A DNA stretch of 32,000 bases, from assembly GCF_000012805.1 (NCBI RefSeq), contig NC_007484.1, positions 3,000,001-3,032,000 of the forward strand, in the 5' to 3' direction. Position numbers and translations under genes: made by a program. The notes beneath the pieces are model-generated. The model saw only the letters and a program-made list of their open reading frames with translations. It did no database searches and was not told the DNA's origin. Below are positions 17,506-30,061 of this stretch, in pieces. The first letter of the stretch is position 1, and each line of letters starts with the position of its first letter. This DNA comes from Nitrosococcus oceani ATCC 19707 (GTDB lineage: Bacteria > Pseudomonadota > Gammaproteobacteria > Nitrosococcales > Nitrosococcaceae).

Positions 17506-18540
17506 CTAATGCTCCACGGCGGGAGGAAATAGCTCAAACCCCGCAATCGCTAAACACAACTGCAGGATGGCCTCCCAAGGGCGGCCCCTCGCTGCGCCCT
17601 TAACCATACGATCAATTTCGCCTAATTGTCGCAAAAAAAGCAGCCAGCGGTGCGCTGAATGGCGGGATAATGCCTGTTTGCTCAGGGCCTTACGCCGTTC
17701 CCATACCCGCTGCTCTCGCAAAGCCTGATCTACCGGCATTCCCTGGGCGCAAATCCTGGCCATGCGGGCCAATCGCCGTAGCTCCCAGGCTAAAGCCCCT
17801 ACAACGATAACAGGCTCCACTCCTTCAGCTTGTAACCCGCGCCAGATCCGCGCTATCTGGACTACATCGCCAGCTAATGCACTTTCCATAAGACGAAAAA
17901 CATCATAACGGGCATTATCGGCGACAACCTCTTCTACTCTGCTGACATCGATAGTCTCTTCTGGAAACAACAAAGCCAGTCTGTCAATTTCTTGTGCGCA
18001 GGCAAGAAGGTTGCCTTCCAAGCGCTCAACCAACACAGTCACGGCCTCTTGAGTAGGGGACAAGTTTCTGCTATGCATACGGCGCTCAATCCACCGGGAC
18101 AACGACGAAATATCAACTTTAAAAACCTGGACCACAACCCCAGCTTGCTCTAACGCGGAGAACCATCGAGTTCCCTGATGCCGGCGCTCCAATTTACCGC
18201 TAATAATTAACAAGAGCGTATCCGGGCTTGGGTTTTCCCCATAAGCACGTAATACCTTAGCGCCAGCTTCGCTAACCGCGTTTGTTGGCAGGCGCAACTC
18301 AATAAGGCGGTGGGCGGCAAATAAGGAAAGACCCCTGGTGGCCCACTGCAGCTGCGCCCAATCAAATCCGCGCTCAATATGCATGACTTCGCGCTCGTAA
18401 AAACCCTGGGATTGAACCCGGGAGCGGATAAGGTCGGCCCCTTCTTCGATGAGCAACGGTTCATCGCCGAAGAGCAGATAAACAGGAGCCAGTTTGCCAC
18501 GCCCTAGATGAGCAGGAAGTTGTTCTAGTTTAACTCTCAT
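17506..18540 (-). CDS. holA: DNA polymerase III delta subunit HolA
   Basis: 344 aa. The N-terminus 'LAPVYLLFGDEPLLIEE' is typical of the delta subunit. It lies immediately downstream of lptE with an 11-nt overlap, matching the canonical leuS-lptE-holA order. Confidence 0.85.
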   Translation of the reverse strand: MRVKLEQLPAHLGRGKLAPVYLLFGDEPLLIEEGADLIRSRVQSQGFYEREVMHIERGFDWAQLQWATRGLSLFAAHRLIELRLPTNAVSEAGAKVLRAYGENPSPDTLLLIISGKLERRHQGTRWFSALEQAGVVVQVFKVDISSLSRWIERRMHSRNLSPTQEAVTVLVERLEGNLLACAQEIDRLALLFPEETIDVSRVEEVVADNARYDVFRLMESALAGDVVQIARIWRGLQAEGVEPVIVVGALAWELRRLARMARICAQGMPVDQALREQRVWERRKALSKQALSRHSAHRWLLFLRQLGEIDRMVKGAARGRPWEAILQLCLAIAGFELFPPAVEH

Positions 18541-19060
18541 CCACGTGGGGAGGCGGCAATGCTTCTAGGCGCCAAAGAATTTGCTGTACCATATCATTCT
18601 GCAATGTTTCGCGCAGCAGCTTTTCCTGCTCTCCAGCTGAAATGACACTACTCTGGTCAAATAGATATTGCCGCATCAGCTCCAACCGCTGGGAGGGTAA
18701 TAAAACTTCTCCCTTAGAATTAATAACTTGGAACTGCAATACGTATTTAAGCGCATATTCCTGTACTTTACCCGTGGATTCCACGGAGAGTACTTGCCGC
18801 TGCAGCTGATTGTAGGTAATGCTCAATAAGGCAGTCGCCTCCTCAGGAACTGAAGTGACGGTAATACCATGGGCTTCAAGGCGGCGCTTAAGGCCAATAC
18901 CTAGTTGGCTATAAGGCGCAACTCCTTGCAAATAAGTTTGATTCAATAAGGGTGAAAGTTCGCTACCGCCCCGTAAATGAAAACCGCAGCCTACTAAGAA
19001 TAATAACGAGAGCAAGAGTGTTCTCCCCAGCCAGTGGCTCACTATTGCGAAAAATTTCAA
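18530..19060 (-). CDS. lptE: LPS-assembly lipoprotein LptE
   Basis: Lipobox 'FLVGC|GFHLRG' (compare E. coli LptE 'AGCGWHLR'). It is about 176 aa and lies between leuS and holA. The start codon at 19060 is TTG, 4 nt after the leuS stop; a GTG seven codons in is an alternative. Confidence 0.8.
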   Translation of the reverse strand: MKFFAIVSHWLGRTLLLSLLFLVGCGFHLRGGSELSPLLNQTYLQGVAPYSQLGIGLKRRLEAHGITVTSVPEEATALLSITYNQLQRQVLSVESTGKVQEYALKYVLQFQVINSKGEVLLPSQRLELMRQYLFDQSSVISAGEQEKLLRETLQNDMVQQILWRLEALPPPHVDES

Positions 19061-19064
19061 TGAA

Positions 19065-21530
<2,466 letters not shown>

Positions 21531-21588
21531 TTATAGGTTCACTGGTAAAATGACTTAACTCTAAAAATATCTAGCTTCCACCCTTCAA

Positions 21589-23118
21589 TCACGAGGCGGA
21601 TGGCGGACCAAGAAATAACCGGTAAGCGGGATTATCGGTCTCCTCCTGGCAGGTATAGGCAAGTTCATCCAAAAAAATCTGAAATTCTATTTTTTCGGCG
21701 GGAGGCACTTGAATGCCTGCCAATACCCGGCCATAAGCTGCCCCATGGTTACGGTAGTGGAACAGACTAATATTCCAACGGCTACCCATATGAGTTAAAA
21801 AACGCAGTAGAGCACCTGGACGCTCGGGAAATTCAAACCGGTAAAGGACCTCATCCTTTAACTTTGATGCTTGTCCGCCTACCATATAACGCACGTGGAG
21901 TTTGGCCATTTCGTTATCGCTCATATCCACCACGGAATAGCCCTTCTGGTGAAGATCATGGAGTAACTGATCCTTGACATGACTGCCGTTGCGCGTCTGA
22001 ATTCCCACAAACACATGGGCCTCACCGGAATCGCCATAGCGGTAATTAAACTCGGTAATGCCCCGTTTACCAATGGCCTCGCAAAAAGCAAGAAAACTGC
22101 CCCGCTGCTCGGGGATTGTGACACAAAACAAAGCCTCCCGCCGCTCACCTAATTCAGCCCGCTCGGCCACATGGCGCAGCCGGTCAAAATTGATATTGGC
22201 CCCACTGTCAATGGCTACCAAACTCTGTCCCCGGAGTCCTTCCCGCTCCACATACTGCTTTAACCCGGCAACAGCCAAAGCCCCTGCCGGCTCAGCGATA
22301 GAACGGGTATCCTCGAAAATATCCATGATGGCGGCGCAAATGGCATCACTATCCACCAACAGCACTTCATCCACGGCTTCCCGCGCAATGCGGAAGGGTT
22401 CTTTGCCTACCTGGCGAACTGCGGCGCCATCCGCAAAAATACCCACCTGATCAAGTACTACCCGCTCTCCTACTTGCAGAGCCTGATAAAGACTAGATGC
22501 ATCGTCGGGCTCCACCCCAATAACACGGATTTCCGGCGAAAGAGCTTTAACATAGGCAGCCACCCCGGCAATAAGCCCACCGCCACCTACAGGTACAAAT
22601 ATGGCATGCAACGGCTCTGGGTATTGGCGCAGAATCTCCATCGCTACGGTTCCTTGGCCAGCAATAACTTCAGGATCGTCATAGGGATGGATAAAAGTAC
22701 ACACCTGCTTTTCAGCCAAAGCCAGCGCATATTGGTAGGCTTCATCGTAAGTATTGCCCACCAAATCGATCTCGGCACCCAGATCACGCACTGCTTCAAT
22801 TTTGATTGGCGGTGTTGTCCGAGGCATCACAATCCGGGCGCTTATCCCCAGCTTGCGGGCGGAAAGCGCAACGCCTTGAGCATGGTTGCCCGCCGAAGCG
22901 GCAATCACCCCTCGCTGACGTGCCTCCTCCGATAACTGGAGGAGTTTGTTATGAGCTCCCCGCAACTTAAAGGAAAAAACGGGTTGCAGATCTTCCCGCT
23001 TTAGCAATACGGCGTTTTGCAATCGCCCAGAAAGACGCCCCATGGATTCCAGCGGAGTTTCCTTGGCAATTTCATAAACACGGGCCTTGAGAATGCGTTC
23101 TAGATAGCTGTACAACAT
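21589..23118 (-). CDS. ilvA: Biosynthetic threonine ammonia-lyase (threonine deaminase) IlvA
   Basis: 509 aa. The PLP-lysine motif is 'VFSFKLRGAHNK', with the glycine-rich 'PVGGGGLIAG'. Two C-terminal ACT-like regulatory repeats fit the long biosynthetic form. Confidence 0.95.
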   Translation of the reverse strand: MLYSYLERILKARVYEIAKETPLESMGRLSGRLQNAVLLKREDLQPVFSFKLRGAHNKLLQLSEEARQRGVIAASAGNHAQGVALSARKLGISARIVMPRTTPPIKIEAVRDLGAEIDLVGNTYDEAYQYALALAEKQVCTFIHPYDDPEVIAGQGTVAMEILRQYPEPLHAIFVPVGGGGLIAGVAAYVKALSPEIRVIGVEPDDASSLYQALQVGERVVLDQVGIFADGAAVRQVGKEPFRIAREAVDEVLLVDSDAICAAIMDIFEDTRSIAEPAGALAVAGLKQYVEREGLRGQSLVAIDSGANINFDRLRHVAERAELGERREALFCVTIPEQRGSFLAFCEAIGKRGITEFNYRYGDSGEAHVFVGIQTRNGSHVKDQLLHDLHQKGYSVVDMSDNEMAKLHVRYMVGGQASKLKDEVLYRFEFPERPGALLRFLTHMGSRWNISLFHYRNHGAAYGRVLAGIQVPPAEKIEFQIFLDELAYTCQEETDNPAYRLFLGPPSAS

Positions 23119-23222
23119 GGCCTATACATTAACAACAATACACAATGGTGTCAGCGACTTCCTATTTCCCTTATAATTAATTTGCGTGGAGAATGGACCA
23201 TACCATAAGGAGCAGGATAGTA

Positions 23223-23885
23223 ATGAGTCCCGATGAAATGAAAAAGCTGGCCGCTAAAGCTGCCCTTGAGCATGTAGAACCAGGTACTATCGTTGGTACG
23301 GGCACAGGCTCTACCGTTAACCATTTTATTGATCTGCTGGGAACAATTAAAGGCAAGATCGAGGGTGCCGTCTCCAGTTCCGAGGCTTCCACCGCACGGC
23401 TTAAAGCTCTCAATATTCCCGTTTACGAGCTAAATGCGGTAGGAGAAATTCCCCTCTATATTGATGGCGCCGACGAGTCTAATCATTATCTGCAGCTCAT
23501 TAAAGGGGGAGGCGGGGCACTAACCCGGGAGAAAATCATTGCCGCTGCCAGCAAGAAATTTGTCTGTATTGCAGATCAGTCAAAGCTCGTTGATATATTG
23601 GGCACCTTCCCACTCCCCGTGGAAGTCATCCCTATGGCGCGCAGCTATGTGGCGCGGCAAATCGTTAAGCTTGGTGGAGAGCCCGTTTACCGGGAAGGTT
23701 TTATCACCGATAATGGTAATCAAATTCTGGATACCCACGGGCTTTCCATTATGGAGCCTGCTAAACTGGAAGGACAGCTCAATAATATCCCCGGTGTAGT
23801 CACTAACGGTCTGTTCGCCATATATCCCGCGGACGTGCTTATCCTCGGTTCTCCAGAGGGCGTCAAAACCATTTACCCTAAATAA
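23223..23885 (+). CDS. rpiA: Ribose-5-phosphate isomerase A
   Basis: The start was moved to the ATG at 23223, with AAGGAG 10 nt upstream, giving 220 aa collinear with E. coli RpiA. Motifs seen: 'GTGTGST', 'IDGADE', '[11 protein letters not shown]'. Confidence 0.95.
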
Positions 23886-23915
23886 ACAGCAAAGCAAAAC
23901 AGCCCGGTTTTTGAG

Positions 23916-24191
23916 CTAATCTAGAAACCTGAGCCCTACTCCTCTGCTATCTTGCCGGACTATCTCTGCTGTAAGAAGGGGTGGAGTTTCACCGTTGGCG
24001 AGGGAATTTTTAAGCTGCACGGTCACTTTCTCCCCCACCGGCGGAAGCTCCTGACCATCGGCGCCAAGAAAGATTCCATTATTACTGAGATCGTGGGTTT
24101 TAAAGATAAGTGGCTCTTCCGGGGAAGATTTCCGTTTAACCCGGACCTCTACAGTAACCGGCAGACGCTCTGATTTTCGCTTCTCAACCAT
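23916..24191 (-). CDS. Stand-alone PilZ-domain protein (putative c-di-GMP receptor), 91 aa
   Basis: The start was moved to the ATG at 24191, with AGGAG 5 nt upstream. The N-terminal 'RKSERL' fits RxxxR and 'DLSNNG' fits (D/N)xSxxG, the two c-di-GMP-binding PilZ motifs. Confidence 0.75.
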   Translation of the reverse strand: MVEKRKSERLPVTVEVRVKRKSSPEEPLIFKTHDLSNNGIFLGADGQELPPVGEKVTVQLKNSLANGETPPLLTAEIVRQDSRGVGLRFLD

Positions 24192-24339
24192 AAAATCTCC
24201 TGAAGGCAATGGGGAAAATTTTGTAACCCTGAACTTAACTATATCGACCGTTTTCTCGTGGCATGAGTAGCAATAGCATAAAGGCGCTTACTGCCTAGCG
24301 GATTGAATTAATCCTCGAAATTGAGCATTATCGTTGCCC

Positions 24340-25587
24340 ATGTTTAAACCCTTACCTCTTTATATTGGCCTGCGGTATACGCGGGCTAAGCGGCGTAATT
24401 ATTTTATTTCATTCATTTCCTTGACCTCCATGCTAGGCGTGGCGCTAGGCGTGGCTGCTTTAATTACCGTACTTTCCGTGATGAATGGTTTTGAGAAGGA
24501 ACTCCGTACCCGCATCCTGGGAATGGTTGCCCACGTCATTGTCACCGGCCCCGATGGAACCCTTGAGCACTGGCAGGCCCTTAAGACCCAACTGGAAGAA
24601 AACGCTAAGATAGCTGGAATAGCCCCTTTTATAGAGGGACAAGGTATGGCAACTCACCGCAATCAAGTACAGGGCACACTGGTACGCGGGATCCTCCCTC
24701 AACAAGAAGATCAAGTGCTTGATATCCACGGCAAGATGGTAGCAGGCAGCTTAGATGCTCTACGACCCGGAAGCTTCCAAATCGTATTGGGCATGGATTT
24801 GGCCCGCACCCTAGGGGTTTTTATCGGCGATAAGATTACCCTGGTTACCCCTCACGCAACCACCACGCCAGCGGGAATTATCCCTCGTCTTAAGCGAGTC
24901 ACAGTGGCAGGAGTTTTCCAAGTGGGGATGTACGAGTATGATAGCGCCCTTGCCATCATGAACCTAGAGGATGCGGCGGTTCTCTTTCGCATTCCGGGAA
25001 AAGTCAGCGGACTTCGACTTAAGCTCGACGATTTATTTAGCGCCCCCCGCCTCGCCCGCGAACTGCGCGAAACTTTACCCGGCAACTACCGAACAGCGGA
25101 CTGGACCTACCAACATGCCAATTTTTTTCGCGCCTTGAAAACGGAAAAAACAGTCATGTTTGTCATTTTATTTCTGATTGTCGCGGTAGCCGCCTTTAAC
25201 ATTGTCTCCACCTTGGTCATGGTGGTGACGGATAAACAAGCCGATATCGCCATTTTGCGCACCTTAGGGGCGACTCCAGCAAGTATTATGGGAATCTTTA
25301 TGGTTCAAGGCACGGTTATTGGCTTTATCGGCACCATTTTGGGCATGATAGGGGGGATTACCCTAGCGTTTAATGTAGAAACGGTAGTGCCCCAAATTGA
25401 AGCCTTGTTTGGCGTCCAATTCTTACCCGCAGATGTCTATTACATCAGCGAACTTCCCTCGGAACTGAATTGGGATGATGTCATTACCATTTGCAGCACG
25501 GCTTTCCTGCTCTGCCTTCTGGTAACCCTCTACCCCGCTTGGCAAGCCGCCCGCACCCACCCTGCCGAGGCCCTGCGCTATGAATAA
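24340..25587 (+). CDS. lolC: Lipoprotein-releasing ABC transporter permease, LolC/LolE family
   Basis: The ATG at 24340 gives '[20 protein letters not shown]...[20 protein letters not shown]', collinear with the E. coli LolC/LolE N-terminus. It has four TM segments with a large periplasmic MacB-like loop and a C-terminal FtsX-type domain. It overlaps lolD by 8 nt. Confidence 0.9.
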
Positions 25588-26281
25588 TACGGAGCAAGAA
25601 ATGGTGCTATGGTGCCGCGATTTAGCCCGGAAATTTACCGATGGCTACCTTTCGGTAGAAGTGCTGCGGGAAGTAAATTTATCCATTGCCCCTAGAGAAT
25701 GCGTTGCCATCATTGGCGCCTCGGGCTCAGGCAAAAGCACCTTGCTCCATTTGCTTGGGGGATTAGATCGCCCAACTCAAGGCCAAGTTTGGATCGCAGG
25801 CCAAAATCTGGCCCGGCTTAACGACACGGAACGGGGCCGGTTACGTAACCGCGCCCTGGGCTTTATCTACCAACTCCATCACCTGCTCCCTGAATTTACG
25901 GCCTTGGAAAATACCGCGCTGCCCTTGCTCATCGCCGGTGCCAGCACAGCCAACGCCCAGAAGAAAGCCATGGCATTGCTACAACGAGTCGGCCTAGAGG
26001 CCCGCTTTAACCACAAGCCGGGAGAACTATCAGGGGGGGAGCGCCAACGGGCCGCCGTGGCTCGTGCCTTAGTCACCGATCCTCGCTGCGTACTGGCTGA
26101 CGAGCCAACAGGCAACCTGGATCGAAAAAACGCCGAGCAAGTCTTTAAACTAATGCTGGATCTCAATCATGAGCTAGGTACCGCACTGGTGATAGTCACC
26201 CATGATATCCATTTGGCGGCACAAACTGATCGGGTGCTTACTCTAATGGATGGACGCTTGGTGCAAGAGCCATTACCCTAG
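25580..26281 (+). CDS. lolD: Lipoprotein-releasing ABC transporter ATP-binding protein LolD
   Basis: Walker A 'GASGSGKST', signature 'LSGGERQR', Walker B '[11 protein letters not shown]', H-loop 'VTHD'. It is translationally coupled to the LolC/E-type permease. Confidence 0.9.
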
Positions 26282-26284
26282 CGC

Positions 26285-26821
26285 TTACTTCTCCATTTGC
26301 GATATCACTTTCCGCCGTTTGCGATTCCGCCAGCGCCGCGACACTTCCAGCCGCCATAAAACAAGCGTAAGCAGTCCACCGGTAAGACCCACTACGACGC
26401 CTACCACTAGACAACCCAGTAAAAACGGCTCCCAAGTAGCTGCCAATCGCGTCTGCAACCACTGCTGCCAGGTGAATTCAAATTCTGGCCCATAAACGGG
26501 GCTTCCTAACAACCAGGTCCCAACCTTATAGGCAAAAAAGAACATCGGCCCCATGGTCAAGGGATTAGTCACCCAAACCATCAAAATAGCAACAGGCAGG
26601 TTCACCCGGGCCCAGGCAGCGGCTACCGCCGCTATCAACATCTGGCCAGGCAATGGCAGAAAAGCGATGAACAGTCCAACGCCTACTGCCCCCGCAGTGG
26701 AACGACGGCTGAGATGCCAAAGATCGGAGGCAAAAAACCATTCTCCAAGATGCCGCAAATGTTTATGCTCCTGGAGCTGATGGGGCTGGGGGATATAGCG
26801 TTTAATAATTCGGCGCGGCAT
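26285..26821 (-). CDS. DUF2062-family inner-membrane protein
   Basis: The start was moved to the ATG at 26821 ('MPRRIIKRYIP...'). Motifs 'STAGAVGVGLFIAFLPLPGQMLIAA' and 'VTNPLT' are typical of DUF2062. It has three or more TM helices and a basic C-terminal tail. Confidence 0.7.
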   Translation of the reverse strand: MPRRIIKRYIPQPHQLQEHKHLRHLGEWFFASDLWHLSRRSTAGAVGVGLFIAFLPLPGQMLIAAVAAAWARVNLPVAILMVWVTNPLTMGPMFFFAYKVGTWLLGSPVYGPEFEFTWQQWLQTRLAATWEPFLLGCLVVGVVVGLTGGLLTLVLWRLEVSRRWRNRKRRKVISQMEK

Positions 26822-26908
26822 GGTGTAAGCAAACCTCAAGCAATTTCACATTGTCATTATTAATCTATAGCTATGATCAGGATCCTAAACGCATGAGGTC
26901 AAATATCC

Positions 26909-29263
26909 ATGACCAGGGTCCCAAATATGTTACTCAATGCGCTTGCCTTCCTCACAGGGATAGTCATTCTACAACAATTGCCACTGCTACCCGACCCCAC
27001 ATGGTCCTTGCTGTTATTGGGTTTGCTCCCATGGACTCTCTTCCAGCAACGCTTACGGCCGCTATTACTGCTTGTCATTGGCTTCCTCTGGGCCCTATTT
27101 CGCGCTGATTTATTGCTCTCCCAGGAACTTCCATTGGCATTAGAAGGTCAGGATATCTTGCTTGAAGGCACGGTAGCTTCCATTCCAGAGGTTCTTGATC
27201 ATCGTTTACGCTTTGCCTTTGCGCCACAACGCATAATTTTCAAGAGCCAAACCTGGCATGGCCCTAAGCGGGTACGCCTAAGTTGGTATCGACATCCCCT
27301 TTTTAAGCTTAAAGCAGGAGATCGGTGGCAACTGCTAGTTCGCCTCAAACGCCCGCGGGGGTTTATGAATCCAGGCGGATTCGATTATGAAGGCTGGCTT
27401 TTCCGCCAGGGCTTTCGGGCGACCGGTTACGTCCGTTCGGCAACGACTAACCGCCTTATCGAATCCCATTGGTATCACCATCCCCTTGACCGTGCCCGTC
27501 AATACCTGCTTGAGCACATGGTTCCCCTCCTTGCCGATAGCCCCCAACGGGGACTAGTGCAAGCACTCACCTTAGGCGAGCGCGGCGCCATTACCCCTCA
27601 GCAATGGCAAGTTCTGGAACGTACCGGAACCAATCATCTGGTGGCGATTTCGGGACTCCACATCGGGCTACTAGCAGGGATCGCCTATTTTTTGGGACGG
27701 CGCCTATGGTCCCTGCGGGCAGCTAATATCCTCACTTTACCAGCCTCTCAGGCGGCAGCCGTGAGCGCGATTATCAGCGCCCTATTTTACGCTGCCCTAG
27801 CAGGCTTCTCCATCCCTACTCAACGAGCCCTGATTATGGTCAGCGTGGTTATGCTCGCAGTATTGGCGAAACGCCCCATCCATACCTCCCGCGCCCTGGC
27901 TTTTGCTCTGATATTAGTACTACTCTGGGACCCACTTTCTGTGCTTTCTCCAGGTTTCTGGTTGTCCTTTGGCGCCGTTGCAGTACTGACGTTTGGACTT
28001 ACCGGGCAACGCCCTTTACCCGGCACTAAAACCCCAGGGTTTAGTAGCCTTTCCTCTTACCTTGAGCACTTTTGGCGGCGGTGGGGCAAAGCTCAGTGGG
28101 TAGTCGCTATCGGACTAGCGCCCATTCTTTTATACCAATTTCAGCGTCTTTCCTTGATAGCCCCTGTTACCAACCTGGTCGCCGTCCCCTGGATGGGATT
28201 CCTGGTAGTGCCGCCCCTCCTCTTAGGCACGATATTACTCATTCCATTCCCGCTTTTGGGAACAGCCCTTATTAGCCTAGGCGATTATCTGCTGGCCTTA
28301 CTCTGGAACATTCTCGCCTGGTGTTCAACCCTTCCCGTCGCTCAATGGGAACACGCTGGCCCTCCCCTTTGGGCACTCCTTCCAGCCATTCTTGGTAGCC
28401 TGCTACTGCTGGCCCCACGGGGATTACCTGGCCGCTGGTTAGGACTGCTTGCTCTCCTTCCTTTATTGTTAACATCTTCACCCCGCCCATCCTATGGAAC
28501 GCTATGGTTCACTCTGCTGGATGTGGGGCAGGGACTTGCGGCAGTCGTCCGCACCCACCATCACACCTTAGTATTCGATGCCGGGCCCCGCTATAGCGAG
28601 CGGTTTAACACCGGTGAAGCTGTCGTTGCACCATTTCTACGCAGCCAAAATATTAATACTATCGACACCCTGGTGGTCAGCCATGGTGATAATGATCATA
28701 TAGGCGGCGTAGCGGGACTCCTGCACCATTTCCCAGCTAAACGGATTCTTACTAGCGCTCCCGAACAGCTCCGCTGGCTCCATCCCAAGTCCTGTGCTCG
28801 CGGTCAACAATGGCGTTGGGATGGGGTTTATTTTCACATTCTTCATCCCCAATCAACCGTAGGCCGCGGCAACAACCATTCCTGCGTATTGCTCATCACA
28901 AGCGGAGCACAGCGCATCCTTATTGCCGCCGATATCGAACGTTCCGCAGAGCAAACCCTGCTTACGGCCACTACCGACGGACTCGCTGCAACTATTTTAG
29001 TGGTCCCTCATCATGGCAGTCTGACTTCTTCAAGCCCCCCCTTCATAGCCGCAGTTAATCCCGAGCACGCCCTGTTTTCGGCAGGCTACCGTAATCGCTG
29101 GGGCTTCCCTAAATCGGCTATCGTACAACGTTATCTTCGTCAAGGCACAAAATTATGGAGCACGGCCCAGCATGGGGCCATCACATTTCATTTGGATCAG
29201 AACCCTCTCAGTAAACCAGAGACCTTTAGACAATCCAACCGCCATTACTGGACCGGTAATTAA
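26909..29263 (+). CDS. comEC: DNA internalization-related competence protein ComEC/Rec2
   Basis: 784 aa polytopic membrane protein. The competence-domain core is 'TGTNHLVAISGLHIG' and the C-terminal metallo-beta-lactamase domain is 'LDVGQG...VVSHGDNDHIGG...VPHHGS'. An alternative ATG at 26927 is possible. Confidence 0.9.
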   Translation: MTRVPNMLLNALAFLTGIVILQQLPLLPDPTWSLLLLGLLPWTLFQQRLRPLLLLVIGFLWALFRADLLLSQELPLALEGQDILLEGTVASIPEVLDHRLRFAFAPQRIIFKSQTWHGPKRVRLSWYRHPLFKLKAGDRWQLLVRLKRPRGFMNPGGFDYEGWLFRQGFRATGYVRSATTNRLIESHWYHHPLDRARQYLLEHMVPLLADSPQRGLVQALTLGERGAITPQQWQVLERTGTNHLVAISGLHIGLLAGIAYFLGRRLWSLRAANILTLPASQAAAVSAIISALFYAALAGFSIPTQRALIMVSVVMLAVLAKRPIHTSRALAFALILVLLWDPLSVLSPGFWLSFGAVAVLTFGLTGQRPLPGTKTPGFSSLSSYLEHFWRRWGKAQWVVAIGLAPILLYQFQRLSLIAPVTNLVAVPWMGFLVVPPLLLGTILLIPFPLLGTALISLGDYLLALLWNILAWCSTLPVAQWEHAGPPLWALLPAILGSLLLLAPRGLPGRWLGLLALLPLLLTSSPRPSYGTLWFTLLDVGQGLAAVVRTHHHTLVFDAGPRYSERFNTGEAVVAPFLRSQNINTIDTLVVSHGDNDHIGGVAGLLHHFPAKRILTSAPEQLRWLHPKSCARGQQWRWDGVYFHILHPQSTVGRGNNHSCVLLITSGAQRILIAADIERSAEQTLLTATTDGLAATILVVPHHGSLTSSSPPFIAAVNPEHALFSAGYRNRWGFPKSAIVQRYLRQGTKLWSTAQHGAITFHLDQNPLSKPETFRQSNRHYWTGN

Positions 29264-29359
29264 AGCAGGGTTTGGGACTATCTGCCGGTTACAGTATTAT
29301 TGACGGAGCTATGCACACTTGAAAAATATCTAACGACAGCAGAGGAATATTTACGAACT

Positions 29360-30061
29360 GTGCTTGAAATCATTAAAGCAGGCGGCTGGTTAATGTTACC
29401 GATCCTTGCCTGTTCCATCGTCGCTATTGGGATTATTATTGAACGTTTCTGGTTTCTGCGCCGGCAACGGGTCGTACCCAAGCATATCGCCAGTCAGATC
29501 TGGCAATGGCAATACCGCAATCAGCTCGATAAAATCCATATAAAGTCAGTACGAGAAAGCTCTCCCCTAGGCCGAATACTGGCCGCGGGGCTAGCGAACC
29601 GAAACCGCTCCCGTGAAATTATGAAAGAGAGTATCGAAGATGTGGGCCGCCATGTCACTCTGGAGCTGGAACGTTTCCTGAATACCTTAGGGACTATTGC
29701 AGCTATTACGCCATTGCTTGGATTGCTAGGGACCGTCATTGGGATGATCAAAGTCTTTACCGTCATTACTGCCCAAGGCGTCGATAACCCGGCAGTGCTA
29801 GCAGGTGGAATCTCCGAGGCCCTTATCACGACAGCGGCGGGCCTTGCGGTCGCCATCCCCAGCCTGATGTTTTACCGCTATTTTCACGGTAGAGTTATGA
29901 GGTTGGTAGTAGACATGGAAGAACAAGCCATTAAACTAGTGGAAGTCATGCATGGGGATCGGGAACTTGACCCGACTGAAAACCTGGCTGCACGAGTCTC
30001 CATTGAATCTTCTTTGAAATCTGACGTGGAACATCATGAATATACACCCGGCCCGGTATAA
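29360..30061 (+). CDS. exbB: MotA/TolQ/ExbB-family proton-channel protein
   Basis: Family hallmarks 'GGWLMLPILACSIVAIGIIIERFW' and 'LGLLGTVIGMI...ALITTAAGLAVAIP' are present. The start is uncertain. The GTG at 29360 gives an N-terminus of typical length; the ORF-track TTG at 29300 would add 20 aa. The C-terminal ~40 aa form an acidic/polar extension. Confidence 0.85.
   Translation: MLEIIKAGGWLMLPILACSIVAIGIIIERFWFLRRQRVVPKHIASQIWQWQYRNQLDKIHIKSVRESSPLGRILAAGLANRNRSREIMKESIEDVGRHVTLELERFLNTLGTIAAITPLLGLLGTVIGMIKVFTVITAQGVDNPAVLAGGISEALITTAAGLAVAIPSLMFYRYFHGRVMRLVVDMEEQAIKLVEVMHGDRELDPTENLAARVSIESSLKSDVEHHEYTPGPV

Noticed and set aside
23894-23913. AAAAC-agcccg-GTTTT between the convergent rpiA and PilZ genes, considered as a terminator
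   Set aside because: It is only a 5-bp AT-rich stem, too weak to call.
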